Translations under genes and position numbers: made by a program
Notes under the pieces: model-generated
Databases searched by the model: none
What the model saw: only the letters and a program-made list of their open reading frames with translations
What the model was told of the DNA's origin: nothing
From: a virus
Strand: one strand, 5' to 3'
DNA: 64,000 nucleotides
IMG/VR virus record: IMGVR_UViG_3300032286_000710
Span: 64,001-128,000 of that record
In this document: piece after piece, positions 48,801-57,419 of the stretch
Position numbering within the stretch: position 1 is the first letter of the stretch
How the letters are laid out: every line of letters starts with the position of its first letter

Positions 48801-48939
48801 CATTATTTAGAGTACTGTCCTCATTATGAACAAGTTTAAGAATAATCTCACCCTGAGTGTGCAGCACCCTTAAGCCAAGTCCATATTCTGAATACTTGGT
48901 TCCTTTAGGTATTAATATTGATCCGCATGGACAATTCAT
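45820..48939 (-). CDS. Mucin-like virion protein: 2 FN3 domains, Thr/Ser tracts and Cys-rich repeats
   Basis: VLVTWD..SYRVDIS..GQTW and TITWE..YIIEIS..GLTW (FN3); three TSTST/TTTP tracts; CCGGQCC, CCEGNCC and CCDGNCC repeats. Confidence 0.8.
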   Translation of the reverse strand: MNCPCGSILIPKGTKYSEYGLGLRVLHTQGEIILKLVHNEDSTLNNGQEFITTSEKCKINGNIVITGLEIFWDKKFPLTVSLTNSIQVSIKQYLSDTVFGFENISLLQDEKIVVQDCKSIATNLFNKKLLVSIKSICSYDLNCCGGSPSISLSPSSKNIDVPCPQDRKLDPITGIQIKHVDINDVLVTWDVFDSSGGTSYRVDISNNNGQTWTNISTTALNSQLIKDLSDGIYIVRITGIVSSVDGTNGYSNSFTINTVQIGPVVNVIVTPTSPNSGTITWELPTGGGTTGGGTPVYIIEISSDGGLTWSSPVVTTDPSYTFTNLPDGTYIIRITTDYQDNIGCLVVTQDSNGNTTSQIVSSNALDYFISHLPAGTIIIGNTPISLDTLSNTITFTIPFTTTTTTTIAPTTTSTSTSTSTSTSTTGTSTSTSTSTSTSTSTTGTSTTGTSTSTSTSTTCRPAFCPPTYPLCGSLIEEFFDQFCIKHCIYSLGCDIVNPTTTTSTSTSTTTSTSTSTSTSTSTSTSTTSNPPYTTTTTTRQVVTTTPRATTTCAPLACPDPPPSGNYGLGIGGNSPNTNITIRISANTNVRAIVGSGPNEISIGAESNDPTNIVIPSTASVGNPPSVKLRIFSTCDNSYIDCNVNLYCPKEPDQPAGPCYDQNNDVIPPDKIMNFYGTCIADWICNPKSCIAVQPPTECNGTINKLYDARHCEYYECVTTTTSTTTSTTTSTSTSTTSQVTTTPQATTTPIVVTTPSATTTSQATTTSQVTTTPAVTTSAPPTIDPCATANLCKVGGSSSAPTCCPCGWSLTGGQCCPPSAGSCIPVVTPDPPPVPCDPPCNAATCQECISGNCVDRCAQVAPCCGGQCCNSEKCLQCVNNECVNKCKAGETCCEGNCCPANYTCCDGNCCPPGQVCSTITDAATGRVYRICKIPCGNSTCFTNEICCNGTCKTAGTISQPEFRGWYEDPVFGGRSWVPCNYTGDPPEGFYSNCELWCGGETWDITYGECINQYGGRCRCCTLDGFTQSNIGNSPCDCAS
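46600..47745 (-). repeat. Thr/Ser low-complexity coding repeats (ACTAGT/ACAAGC-type)
   Basis: Three tracts at about 46600-46795, 47285-47450 and 47565-47745. Confidence 0.85.
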
Positions 48940-49439
48940 ATTGAGTACTTCTTATTATGTTTATTTAAGATATTTATGTATTTTGATGCTGATTCCAAAT
49001 TTTGCTTTGATGTGTGATAAATTATACATTTTTTGACAGAATCTATATATTCCCCTTCTGAGAGAATAGTAACTATATTATTAAAAAAAGCATGTTTAAT
49101 TTGATTGCTTTTGTTAAAATTGTAATCTACAAATAATGCATCGTGAATAAATATTTCAATTGTTTTTTCTTTTACGAGCAAAACTATCCTATCCAATGAA
49201 TATAAAGATTTAAAATTAATATCAAAGTATTCCTTTAAATATCTATACAGTTTTTTAAAATTTGTTATAGATGGATTTATTAATAGATCTATATCTTTAG
49301 TGTGTTCGCATAAGTTATATATTTTTCCAACCTCACTACCAATAAGTACAAAATTAACATCAAAAGAACGTAATGATGATATTACTTCTTCTACAGATAG
49401 AATTAATTTAGTTTTATTTTTGTAAATTTGTGATGACAT
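48936..49439 (-). CDS. Pol-beta superfamily nucleotidyltransferase (DUF6036/AbiEii-like)
   Basis: FVLIGS..TKDIDLLINPS..NFKKL: the hG[GS]..DxD signature. Confidence 0.7.
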   Translation of the reverse strand: MSSQIYKNKTKLILSVEEVISSLRSFDVNFVLIGSEVGKIYNLCEHTKDIDLLINPSITNFKKLYRYLKEYFDINFKSLYSLDRIVLLVKEKTIEIFIHDALFVDYNFNKSNQIKHAFFNNIVTILSEGEYIDSVKKCIIYHTSKQNLESASKYINILNKHNKKYSI

Positions 49440-50374
49440 TAAAATTTAAATATTCCCATATTGAACGAAGAAGCCTGTGGATTTGATGGCGTTACAGGAA
49501 GAAGCAAACAAGCATTTGCGCCACAAACCCATCCAAAATATGGACAACATACCATATAAGACCCATTAGATGAACACTCAGAACTACCGGGGGGACATTC
49601 GCAAACGTTTCCAGAACAACAAGCACCATGACCATTATCAGTATATCCCGGTGGACAATTGGGTGGTGGTGGAGTTGGGGGTGAGGTAGTGGTGGTGCTA
49701 GTACCAGTAGTACTAGTGCCGGTGGTCGAGGTGCTAGTACCAGTAGTAGAAGTTCCAGTAGTTGAAGTGCTAGTACCAGTGGTAGAAGTGCTGGTACTGG
49801 TTGAAGTACCGGTGGTGGAAGTACTGGTGCTGGTTGAAGTGCTGGTGCTAGTACCAGTTGTTGAAGTATTAGTAGTAGAAGTTCCAGTAGTGGAGGTGCT
49901 GGTGCTTGTACTAGTACTTGTGGATGTACTAGTGCTAGTGCTAGTAGTAGTTGTACTACACGGTAAAACATTCACCCCTAAAGAAAAATTAGCACTACTA
50001 AGCACTGATCCTATTAAATTATTAGCAGTTACAGTAACGCTATAACTTCTTTGAGTTGCATTAGTATAATTAAAATATAACCCACTACTACTGATATCAA
50101 AAAAGTTTTTGTCGTTTCCAGATAGATTTAATGAATATGGTTCACATCCAATATTATTGATTAATATAGTAGATATTTTAGTAAATAGATTACTTAACTT
50201 CTTGTACTTAGGAGTAAACTGATAAAGACTATCTTTTTCTGGACATGGAACATTATTCTTTGGCAAGACAAAAAAATCAATATCTTCTGGAGATAATGTG
50301 GTGGTAGTTACCGGTTCTGCATAAGTTAAATATGGTGCTGGCTGTTTGAAGCACGGGTCATTTGGTCTGCCCAT
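49439..50374 (-). CDS. Mucin-like virion protein: cadherin-like domain, Thr/Ser tract and Cys-rich tip
   Basis: YSLNLSGNDKNFFDI..YSVTVTA (bacterial cadherin-like), about 90 aa of TSTST/TTG, CPPG..CC tip; AAGGA RBS favours ATG at 50374. Confidence 0.75.
   Translation of the reverse strand: MGRPNDPCFKQPAPYLTYAEPVTTTTLSPEDIDFFVLPKNNVPCPEKDSLYQFTPKYKKLSNLFTKISTILINNIGCEPYSLNLSGNDKNFFDISSSGLYFNYTNATQRSYSVTVTANNLIGSVLSSANFSLGVNVLPCSTTTTSTSTSTSTSTSTSTSTSTTGTSTTNTSTTGTSTSTSTSTSTSTTGTSTSTSTSTTGTSTSTTGTSTTGTSTSTTGTSTTGTSTTTTSPPTPPPPNCPPGYTDNGHGACCSGNVCECPPGSSECSSNGSYMVCCPYFGWVCGANACLLLPVTPSNPQASSFNMGIFKF
49685..49960 (-). repeat. Thr/Ser/Gly low-complexity coding repeat
   Basis: Tandem ACTAGC/ACTAGT/ACTGGT units. 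Confidence 0.85.
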
Positions 50375-50385
50375 AGATATATCCT

Positions 50386-53300
50386 TTAATGATTGCAGCA
50401 GACGCAAGCTGTATCGCTAGCACTCACCCATATTGGTTTATATTCATCGTTAACTCTAGCAGCTATTACATAAGCTCCAGAATGAATAACAGAAGTTGTA
50501 TCTCTGTTGGTAATATAAATACTTCCAATATTTGCCCAGCTAGCATCTTTAGATATTAAAATACCACTGGTTTTAGAAGAAGAATTTACTGGGGCTTGCA
50601 AACCATTTGGCATAAAACCTTCAATAAAAGTACTATTTATTTTGGCTATACCACTATTGGCTAGAGCTATACCACTATTCCCAAGAGCTATTCCGCTATT
50701 AGCCAGATTGGTAGCATATGGAATTCCGCTAGATGTATTGAGGGAAGTTCCATCACTAAATCTTACAAAACCTTGTAATCTTAAATCCCCATTAAGTTGA
50801 GCGTATGGTCTTGATGAGCCATCATAAGATACTGTATTTATAAGTGGTGAAGCATTGTGGCTAAGAGTAAATAGATCTGCCGAGTTATTTCCACTAAATT
50901 TGAAAGTTAAAGTATTGTCTGGATAGTTATTACCACCGCTATCAATAACTTCAATGACATTAGCCTTTAAACATAAGCTATCAGAGTCATTTGCATTATT
51001 GATATACAATCTTCCGCCGCTTGGCAAAGTAAGTCGCTTGTCAGTGTTTGTCGGTCCAAGTTTACCATCTAATAATACAAGCCCATTATTACCTACTAAG
51101 AAATTATGTGATCCACTATTGCTAGCACCAATATTGTGACCAATAATTATGTTGCCGCTGGTATTAGCTAAATCGGCAGTTTTATTAAATGATTTGTTAC
51201 CAATGATAATATTATTGGATGTATTATTTAATCCGCTAGCAGATGACTCACCAATTACAATATTGTTGTTTCCTGACGATAGATTATATAAGGAATCATA
51301 ACCCATAGCAAAATTGCCAGAGCCAGATAAAATACTATAAAGAGCTTGATAACCATAAGAAATATTGTTTTTGGTTGCGCCTGTTATAGCTTTTCTTCCA
51401 GATGGAGATAAATATCCAGCAAAAGTATTACCGTTAGTGTCAGTATAAACGGCCCTACCATCTACATTATCTAGCTTATTAACAACTAAATCTGTAGAGT
51501 TGCCAGAGCCATCCATAAAATATAATGAATTGTATTGATTGGCAAATCCCTTTTCTGCTCTTAAATTATATAGTTTACCATAACCGCCGGATGGGTTTAC
51601 AGTTGAATCACCAACCCCTAGGCTATCTTTTAAGCTTATAACTGGTAGTTTAGCAATACCGCTATGTCCAATTGTGATTGTAGCGTTTGTAATTCCACTA
51701 GAAAGTATACCAATCTCGTTTGTATCTTTCATTCTAATGAAATTAGTAGCATTAGAATTCTTATATATAATTACATCAGCAATGCCGCTATTGTTTAGAT
51801 ATGCAATTTCTACGCCGCTGGCTTCACAGTTTTCTCTTGCTAATAATTGAATAGCGGCTTTATAATATCCAGTATTTTCAGTAGTAAATCTACCGATACA
51901 ATGAGTTGAGGATCTAGCATTGAAAATAGTTTTTGGTAAAACATTTTCTGTAACAGAAGCTATATTCGTAACTCCCATCACAGACCCATCTTGATCGTTT
52001 TTCATAACGACCAAACCGTTTATAAACTTAGAGGTACGATCATATGATCCTACTACTAGCCTATCTGTAAGCGGGCCTATTATTCCTAAATTGGAATCGT
52101 CAATGTATTTAATTTCAAATCCACTTAGCTTATCTTTGTTGCTATTTAATGAATCTTTTTGTCTAACCTTTGTGCCTGTTAAGAACCTTTGACTAACACT
52201 AACGCCAGATTCAATAGACGATACCGACATAACATAATTTGTCAACTCGCCAGAGTTAGATAAGAAGTTTACATTACCAATACCAGCTAGAACTCCATCA
52301 GATGCACCGGGATTTGATCCTAAAACATTCTTTCTAGATATGTAGCTTATACCACTATTAAAGAATAGTCCATAGCAATCGTTGTTACTAACTCCGCTAT
52401 CATTATAAGAAATAAAACTATTGGCTTGGATATAGGCTGTACTTGGGACTTGAAAACTAGTATTGGTTCTGAAGGTAGATTTTTCGTATTCACCAACAAA
52501 GCATGGCATACCAGAACTTGGTGGATAGTAAGATAGAGTATACTGCCTACTATTAGTAGACTTTAATATCAAACCGCCGCCCGATAATCCTGTGTCTGAA
52601 TATAATGGATTAAGTTCATTATTAGTGCCTAAATATAAGTATATTCCACTATAGTTTTGAGTATTAACGATTACACGGTTGTTAATGGTAGCAGTACCAT
52701 CTACAATAATATCTTGAAAATAACCTCTAGACCATTTTCTACCTGCTGCACCAAGATCATATGTAGAGTTAAGGGCTGGTAAAAATGATCCTCTATTAGC
52801 TATACTATAAGTCGTATCTTGGTATAAAGATGTACCATTAGAGAAATCAATAGATCTAGATAAAAATAATGTTCTCCAATTATATAATATATGACCTAGA
52901 TTTAATACGGCATTACCAGACGGTGTTATATCTCCACCAACTTGAAGCTTACCGTATGAATGTAAGCTTTTAACCCCGACGCCTAATTGTATTGTTGATA
53001 GGTCGCCGTATACTAACGGAGTTAAACCAGAGCCATTCGGGTTACTGCAAATATAACTTCCATCAACAGGATGGTAAGCAATGAATAGCTTGTTGCTAGT
53101 ATTTTTATCAACATAATATCCAGCACCATGACCAATAGCAATGTTGCCATTACCAGACTTATTATTATGTAGAGTATAGTTGCCAAGCCCAAGATTTAAA
53201 TTACCGACAGTGTTGCCAGCAAGGGCATAATAACCCAACGCAACATTACTTTGACCATAGATATTGCAAGATAAAGAATATGATCCAACAGCAGTATTTT

Positions 53301-53592
53301 TAGCACTCTGATAGCTGGATTTTAATGTAGAGAAGCCAATAGCAGTATTATCTTGACTAGAATATCCAGCTAACGCAATGTTTTCTAAAGTTAACTGACC
53401 AACTTTAGTATTTCCGTCTGAAAATGTTGCAAGATTAAGAGATGTTAAATTTTGAGATGAGGTAAGATTATGAACAGAATCTATTATATCTAATAAATTA
53501 TGTCTAATGTCGTAGGGGGATATTTGACCATATGATTGATCAGATATCTCACTGTTAATATTATTTACAAGTTGAGACTTGCTTAATATCAT
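50386..53592 (-). CDS. Long fibre protein with trimeric beta-roll (NTAIG-type) repeats
   Basis: Two blocks of 14-aa NTAIG/NVALG/NIAIG/NIVIG/NIIIG repeats; TYDLGAAGRKW motif; LANSGIA x3. Confidence 0.75.
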   Translation of the reverse strand: MILSKSQLVNNINSEISDQSYGQISPYDIRHNLLDIIDSVHNLTSSQNLTSLNLATFSDGNTKVGQLTLENIALAGYSSQDNTAIGFSTLKSSYQSAKNTAVGSYSLSCNIYGQSNVALGYYALAGNTVGNLNLGLGNYTLHNNKSGNGNIAIGHGAGYYVDKNTSNKLFIAYHPVDGSYICSNPNGSGLTPLVYGDLSTIQLGVGVKSLHSYGKLQVGGDITPSGNAVLNLGHILYNWRTLFLSRSIDFSNGTSLYQDTTYSIANRGSFLPALNSTYDLGAAGRKWSRGYFQDIIVDGTATINNRVIVNTQNYSGIYLYLGTNNELNPLYSDTGLSGGGLILKSTNSRQYTLSYYPPSSGMPCFVGEYEKSTFRTNTSFQVPSTAYIQANSFISYNDSGVSNNDCYGLFFNSGISYISRKNVLGSNPGASDGVLAGIGNVNFLSNSGELTNYVMSVSSIESGVSVSQRFLTGTKVRQKDSLNSNKDKLSGFEIKYIDDSNLGIIGPLTDRLVVGSYDRTSKFINGLVVMKNDQDGSVMGVTNIASVTENVLPKTIFNARSSTHCIGRFTTENTGYYKAAIQLLARENCEASGVEIAYLNNSGIADVIIYKNSNATNFIRMKDTNEIGILSSGITNATITIGHSGIAKLPVISLKDSLGVGDSTVNPSGGYGKLYNLRAEKGFANQYNSLYFMDGSGNSTDLVVNKLDNVDGRAVYTDTNGNTFAGYLSPSGRKAITGATKNNISYGYQALYSILSGSGNFAMGYDSLYNLSSGNNNIVIGESSASGLNNTSNNIIIGNKSFNKTADLANTSGNIIIGHNIGASNSGSHNFLVGNNGLVLLDGKLGPTNTDKRLTLPSGGRLYINNANDSDSLCLKANVIEVIDSGGNNYPDNTLTFKFSGNNSADLFTLSHNASPLINTVSYDGSSRPYAQLNGDLRLQGFVRFSDGTSLNTSSGIPYATNLANSGIALGNSGIALANSGIAKINSTFIEGFMPNGLQAPVNSSSKTSGILISKDASWANIGSIYITNRDTTSVIHSGAYVIAARVNDEYKPIWVSASDTACVCCNH

Positions 53593-53607
53593 ATTAAGCT
53601 CCAGTAA

Positions 53608-54354
53608 CTATTTTAGACTAATTTCTAACGAATTTGCATCAAACCTTATGTTGTCTCCAAGGTAAACATATCGTGGGTTAGTTAACTTAGCATACATTAG
53701 CAAGTTGCCAGAACCTACAGTTTCATGATCTAAAATAGCTATACCAGAAACCCAGCCCCATTCAGTAAACGCAGAGTTAAATACCATCTGGTTTTTATTT
53801 CTGATAAATCCATTGCCTTCATAATCTGGGTAGCTAGATTTAAGAGTAACTCCAGACTGAAAAATATTTGTGCCTTGAGGAGCAAAAAAAGTTACAGATG
53901 GAAATTCTTTAGCAAATGTATATACTATTGCTGATCCATTGCCACCTTTTGAGGTGCTATAATCTTTTGCGGCCTGCTCGTTTATGAACATTGGATAGAA
54001 ATATCCATACTCTGGCTGTGTACTAAAAGTAACAACCCCATTAGTACCAATAGTGCCACTAGCTTTTACTCCAGATACGCTATATGCTGTGGTAACATCA
54101 ACTCCAACTGAATTCCAAGTATTATCACCGCTAGTAGCTGGTGGTCCCAAAACAATTCTTTTATAATTCGTTGTAACAAAATTTAAACCATTAGCTACTC
54201 CAGACGCTAATTCTGGTATGGTAGAGCCAGTATCAGAATCGGCTGGAACACCGCTTGTTAAAGCAATTGCTATTGTAGAAGGTCTGGGGAAAGCGGTATT
54301 TCTAAATATATGACTCAATAAGCCAGACTCAAGATAATCCGATAGTGCGGCCAT
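53608..54354 (-). CDS. Virion structural protein (MAALSDYLE family)
   Basis: MAALSDYLE..IAL..YKR and WG.VSGIAILD..GNLLMY..GD..RF motifs; AGGAG RBS. Confidence 0.7.
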   Translation of the reverse strand: MAALSDYLESGLLSHIFRNTAFPRPSTIAIALTSGVPADSDTGSTIPELASGVANGLNFVTTNYKRIVLGPPATSGDNTWNSVGVDVTTAYSVSGVKASGTIGTNGVVTFSTQPEYGYFYPMFINEQAAKDYSTSKGGNGSAIVYTFAKEFPSVTFFAPQGTNIFQSGVTLKSSYPDYEGNGFIRNKNQMVFNSAFTEWGWVSGIAILDHETVGSGNLLMYAKLTNPRYVYLGDNIRFDANSLEISLK

Positions 54355-54395
54355 ATTTTTCTCCTATTCATATCCTTGGATAACGTTATCTAAGT

Positions 54396-54405
54396 TATTA
54401 TACAC
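54396..54405 (-). promoter_or_regulatory. Putative late promoter GTGTATAATA
   Basis: Lies immediately after the T run of the capsid-gene terminator. Confidence 0.65.
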
Positions 54406-54439
54406 AAAAAAGCCACCCCCAATCGCTTGAGGATGGCTT
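54406..54439 (-). terminator. Intrinsic terminator after the major capsid gene
   Basis: AAGCCATCCTCAA-GCGA-TTGGGGGTGGCTT-TTTT (GNRA loop, G-U pairs). Confidence 0.85.
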
Positions 54440-54469
54440 GATTGCGACCGATATCTTTAGATATCTAGA

Positions 54470-55480
54470 TTAGAATGAGCCAAGGATCACTCTACGATTA
54501 TCTAGAACACCAAAGCCAAGTTCAGCCCAGCCGTAATAGCCAGCTCTTTGCTGACGATGTAGGGCTGGATCTTCGAATACCTGTAGCTGTTGCTTAACGG
54601 GCATTACGAAGCTATCACCCATAGACTGATCAATACCAACTACGAGTTCAACGTCACCGCCGGTTGCTAATGAGCCACCAAGATCAGATGTGAAGAAGCT
54701 CTGGTACTGTTGACCTTCGCCTAGTTCGTCTAGGTCATGGAGGTTAACACCAAAGATTCTAGTCACAACAGAAGCGGCTGGATCAGCATTATAAATCTCA
54801 CGACGAGTAACGTCATCAACTTGATCTAGACCCCAGTTACGAATGTCTTCTAAAGCTTCTGGCGATAGATACATATCGGTTAGACGGCCACGACCAACTG
54901 ATGCCGAGTTACCACCCGAGTTTCTACGCATAACTGTCTGCATGAGTGATACTAATCTCTTTGAGAATAGACCAGCTGTTGCATCAGCATCATAGACGAG
55001 GATGTTACGATCAACGCCAGCGGCGAGAAGAGTGTGCCAGCCGTCATCGTTCATCTTCTTGGTGAAACCGGCTTCCATCACCTGCATTGCACGACCAACG
55101 ATGTCCCATCTGGCTTCGCGGGCAAAGCGAAGAAGATAGTCAACCGATGAAGCGATTGTGTAGGTGGGGATCATCACATAATCGCCTTCGACCGAACGCT
55201 CTGGAATTCTACCGTGACCGGGATTAGTGTAAGCAACATGCTCACCTTCAAGGCCGGGGGAGATAAGATCAAGAGGGAATTCGGTTGTTGAACCGGCTTC
55301 TACATTGATGGTTTCGAAAATATTACCGAGGATATTACCAACTAAAATTCCCTTACGGAGTGGGAGTTCTAGTGCTTTGGCAAACTCACGTTGAGCGGCC
55401 ATAGCCACATTGATATCGGCATCCCCTGACTTACGTAGGAGAGCGATAAAATCATCGCTAGGTCTTTCTGTTATTGGCAT
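54470..55480 (-). CDS. Major capsid protein (HK97 fold)
   Basis: 336 aa with high-expression codon usage; follows the protease and decoration genes; IPTYTIAS..ARWDIV and C-terminal GYYGWAELGFGVLD; strong RBS and terminator. Confidence 0.88.
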   Translation of the reverse strand: MPITERPSDDFIALLRKSGDADINVAMAAQREFAKALELPLRKGILVGNILGNIFETINVEAGSTTEFPLDLISPGLEGEHVAYTNPGHGRIPERSVEGDYVMIPTYTIASSVDYLLRFAREARWDIVGRAMQVMEAGFTKKMNDDGWHTLLAAGVDRNILVYDADATAGLFSKRLVSLMQTVMRRNSGGNSASVGRGRLTDMYLSPEALEDIRNWGLDQVDDVTRREIYNADPAASVVTRIFGVNLHDLDELGEGQQYQSFFTSDLGGSLATGGDVELVVGIDQSMGDSFVMPVKQQLQVFEDPALHRQQRAGYYGWAELGFGVLDNRRVILGSF

Positions 55481-55505
55481 GTTTAATTCTCCTTGTTTAT
55501 ATTAG

Positions 55506-55973
55506 TCAGGGAAGGTTTACTTCTACTTTAGCATAACCGTCAGCATCCTTATTACTAAGGAAACGGCCCACTAATAGAAGACCAGAAAGTGCTGGACTGT
55601 CTACGCGAACATTGCCAGCATTTACGTGGCAAGCATAAGCTCCACTACCAGCAATAGCACTGCCGGTAATGTTATTTGTTACAACGTAACCCTTGCGGAG
55701 TACTGTAACCTTGCCACCCTTCTGAACCTCATCTTTATACTGATTGAGGTGAGTACGGGTTAGATCCTTATTCACAACATCATTTAATAAAATACCTACT
55801 GGTGCTGTTAAGCTTGTGGCAGCAGCATACTTTACAAGGTTAACGCCTTGATCCATAGCTGCACCAGAACCAGCTGTATCATGAACTACTACGCCGCCGC
55901 GAGTTGCTGTCCCGGCATTGTAGAAGAAACTGATATCAGTTTGAAACTCATATCTATCTGCTTTTAGGGCCAT
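55506..55973 (-). CDS. Capsid decoration/cement protein
   Basis: 155 aa between the scaffold and MCP; GILL..GGKVTVLRKG..VGRFLS..DADGYAKVEV. Confidence 0.75.
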   Translation of the reverse strand: MALKADRYEFQTDISFFYNAGTATRGGVVVHDTAGSGAAMDQGVNLVKYAAATSLTAPVGILLNDVVNKDLTRTHLNQYKDEVQKGGKVTVLRKGYVVTNNITGSAIAGSGAYACHVNAGNVRVDSPALSGLLLVGRFLSNKDADGYAKVEVNLP

Positions 55974-55990
55974 AGTTTTTCTCCTTTATA

Positions 55991-57394
55991 TCACTTACGT
56001 AAAACGTTGTTTGTTAGCCACTCTGCCACACTAGCTCTTGTGGACTCTAGTTCTTCGCCTTCATCAGAAGCAGCTACAAGAGTGGCTTCTGTTGTTTTTA
56101 CTTCTTCAAAAAGTTGTTCTGGGACTTCTGATTCAGAAGCTTTACTAGAAACTTCTTTTTCTTCGTCTACAGAATTATCTTTTTTGTCTTCTTCTATATC
56201 TTTTTTAGTTTCTTTTTTTGCTACCATCTTCTTTTTATAAACGGCAACAATAGCTTCGAAAGCTGAGTCATCTAAAGCATCATGAAGTGGAAGAACTTCA
56301 TCAGCTTCTGTTTCTTCAAAGCCAGCACTAACAAGTTGACCTTTTCTATCACGGTCTTTTTCTTTCTTCTTCATGTTCTTCATTTCATCATTTAGTCCAG
56401 CTAATTCTTTTTCTAGATTAGCAAGAGTCTCTTCTAGGGTTGCAACCTTTGAAGCATAAGCTTGAATTTCAGTATCTTTAGCAGCTAAAGCGGCTTCTAA
56501 TTCTGAAGTATTGTTTTCAATCTTGACTTCTTCGGCTACAACTTGTACAGCTTCTTCTACCACTGGGGCAGTATCTAGCTGCTTCTCTTCGATGTTTTCT
56601 GACATATTAACTTCTCCTTCTGAAACATTGGAAATAGTTTGTTCTTCATTAACAGAGAAAGCCTTGCTAGAATCAAGAATTATACTTCTTGGGTTTGCTG
56701 GTCTGGATACTAGACCCTTACCAGAAAAAGAAATATCTCTCAATAATCTACCAATTTGATAGCCTTCGTATTCTCCGGTTCCACCGTATGCTCTAAGATG
56801 TTTTGTTAAAAATGCCGAGTCTTCACTTCGTGCTACAACTTTGGTCTGGCCAGAGGTGTCTTTAACGGAGTAATCAAAACCGGCGAATAAACATTCCATC
56901 GAAACGAACCACTTACCTTGCTCTATCTCTGATATAATCTTACTCATCCTCTCTCTGTTCTCTGGATTAGTCCAACTGTTATAAATTACAGCTTCGGTTA
57001 CAATGTCAAACTGAGATGGGGCGGCATCATTTTCAGTTGCGCCTATTTTATTGCCATCTTGATCAACAACATAACTTCCAGTGATATGTCCTATAATGTC
57101 ATTTTCATTATGCATTAAGTTGAATTGTTTATCTTCTGGAGTACTACGAGCCGCCCAAGTTTGCTGCGGATCGAAAACATCGTCGTTTTTATTCCATCCA
57201 GTAGAAACAAGAATTGACTTGATATAGTAAAGATCAATTTGATTAGGATTACTAGAAGCCTTTACTTTATCAATCAATCTCTTAATTGAATTTTTTTCGG
57301 TTGTTAAAACTGCTTGCGAACAATAAGCTATAGTCGTATCACTTTTGATACGTTCTGATAGCCCGTCAGATATTTCTTGTGCATAAATCTTCAT
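55991..57394 (-). CDS. Prohead protease fused to a scaffolding domain
   Basis: FNLMH..IIGHI, FVSMEC, FSGKGLVSRPANP, followed by an acidic coiled-coil C-terminal half. Confidence 0.85.
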   Translation of the reverse strand: MKIYAQEISDGLSERIKSDTTIAYCSQAVLTTEKNSIKRLIDKVKASSNPNQIDLYYIKSILVSTGWNKNDDVFDPQQTWAARSTPEDKQFNLMHNENDIIGHITGSYVVDQDGNKIGATENDAAPSQFDIVTEAVIYNSWTNPENRERMSKIISEIEQGKWFVSMECLFAGFDYSVKDTSGQTKVVARSEDSAFLTKHLRAYGGTGEYEGYQIGRLLRDISFSGKGLVSRPANPRSIILDSSKAFSVNEEQTISNVSEGEVNMSENIEEKQLDTAPVVEEAVQVVAEEVKIENNTSELEAALAAKDTEIQAYASKVATLEETLANLEKELAGLNDEMKNMKKKEKDRDRKGQLVSAGFEETEADEVLPLHDALDDSAFEAIVAVYKKKMVAKKETKKDIEEDKKDNSVDEEKEVSSKASESEVPEQLFEEVKTTEATLVAASDEGEELESTRASVAEWLTNNVLRK

Positions 57395-57419
57395 ATTTTT
57401 TCCTTGGTGTCTCTCAAGA

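Noticed and set aside
46600-49960. Possible CRISPR array or DGR repeat pair in the repetitive tracts
   Set aside because: There is no constant repeat with unique spacers, no adenine-specific TR/VR mismatch pattern and no reverse transcriptase or cas gene in the window. The repeats are in-frame codons.
46063-50045. Val/Leu-rich + strand ORFs (e.g. 46592..46801, 47309..47500, 47570..47830, 49659..50045) and alternate-frame ORFs
   Set aside because: These are antisense or frame shadows of the Thr/Ser repeats, with no RBS and fully nested in real genes.
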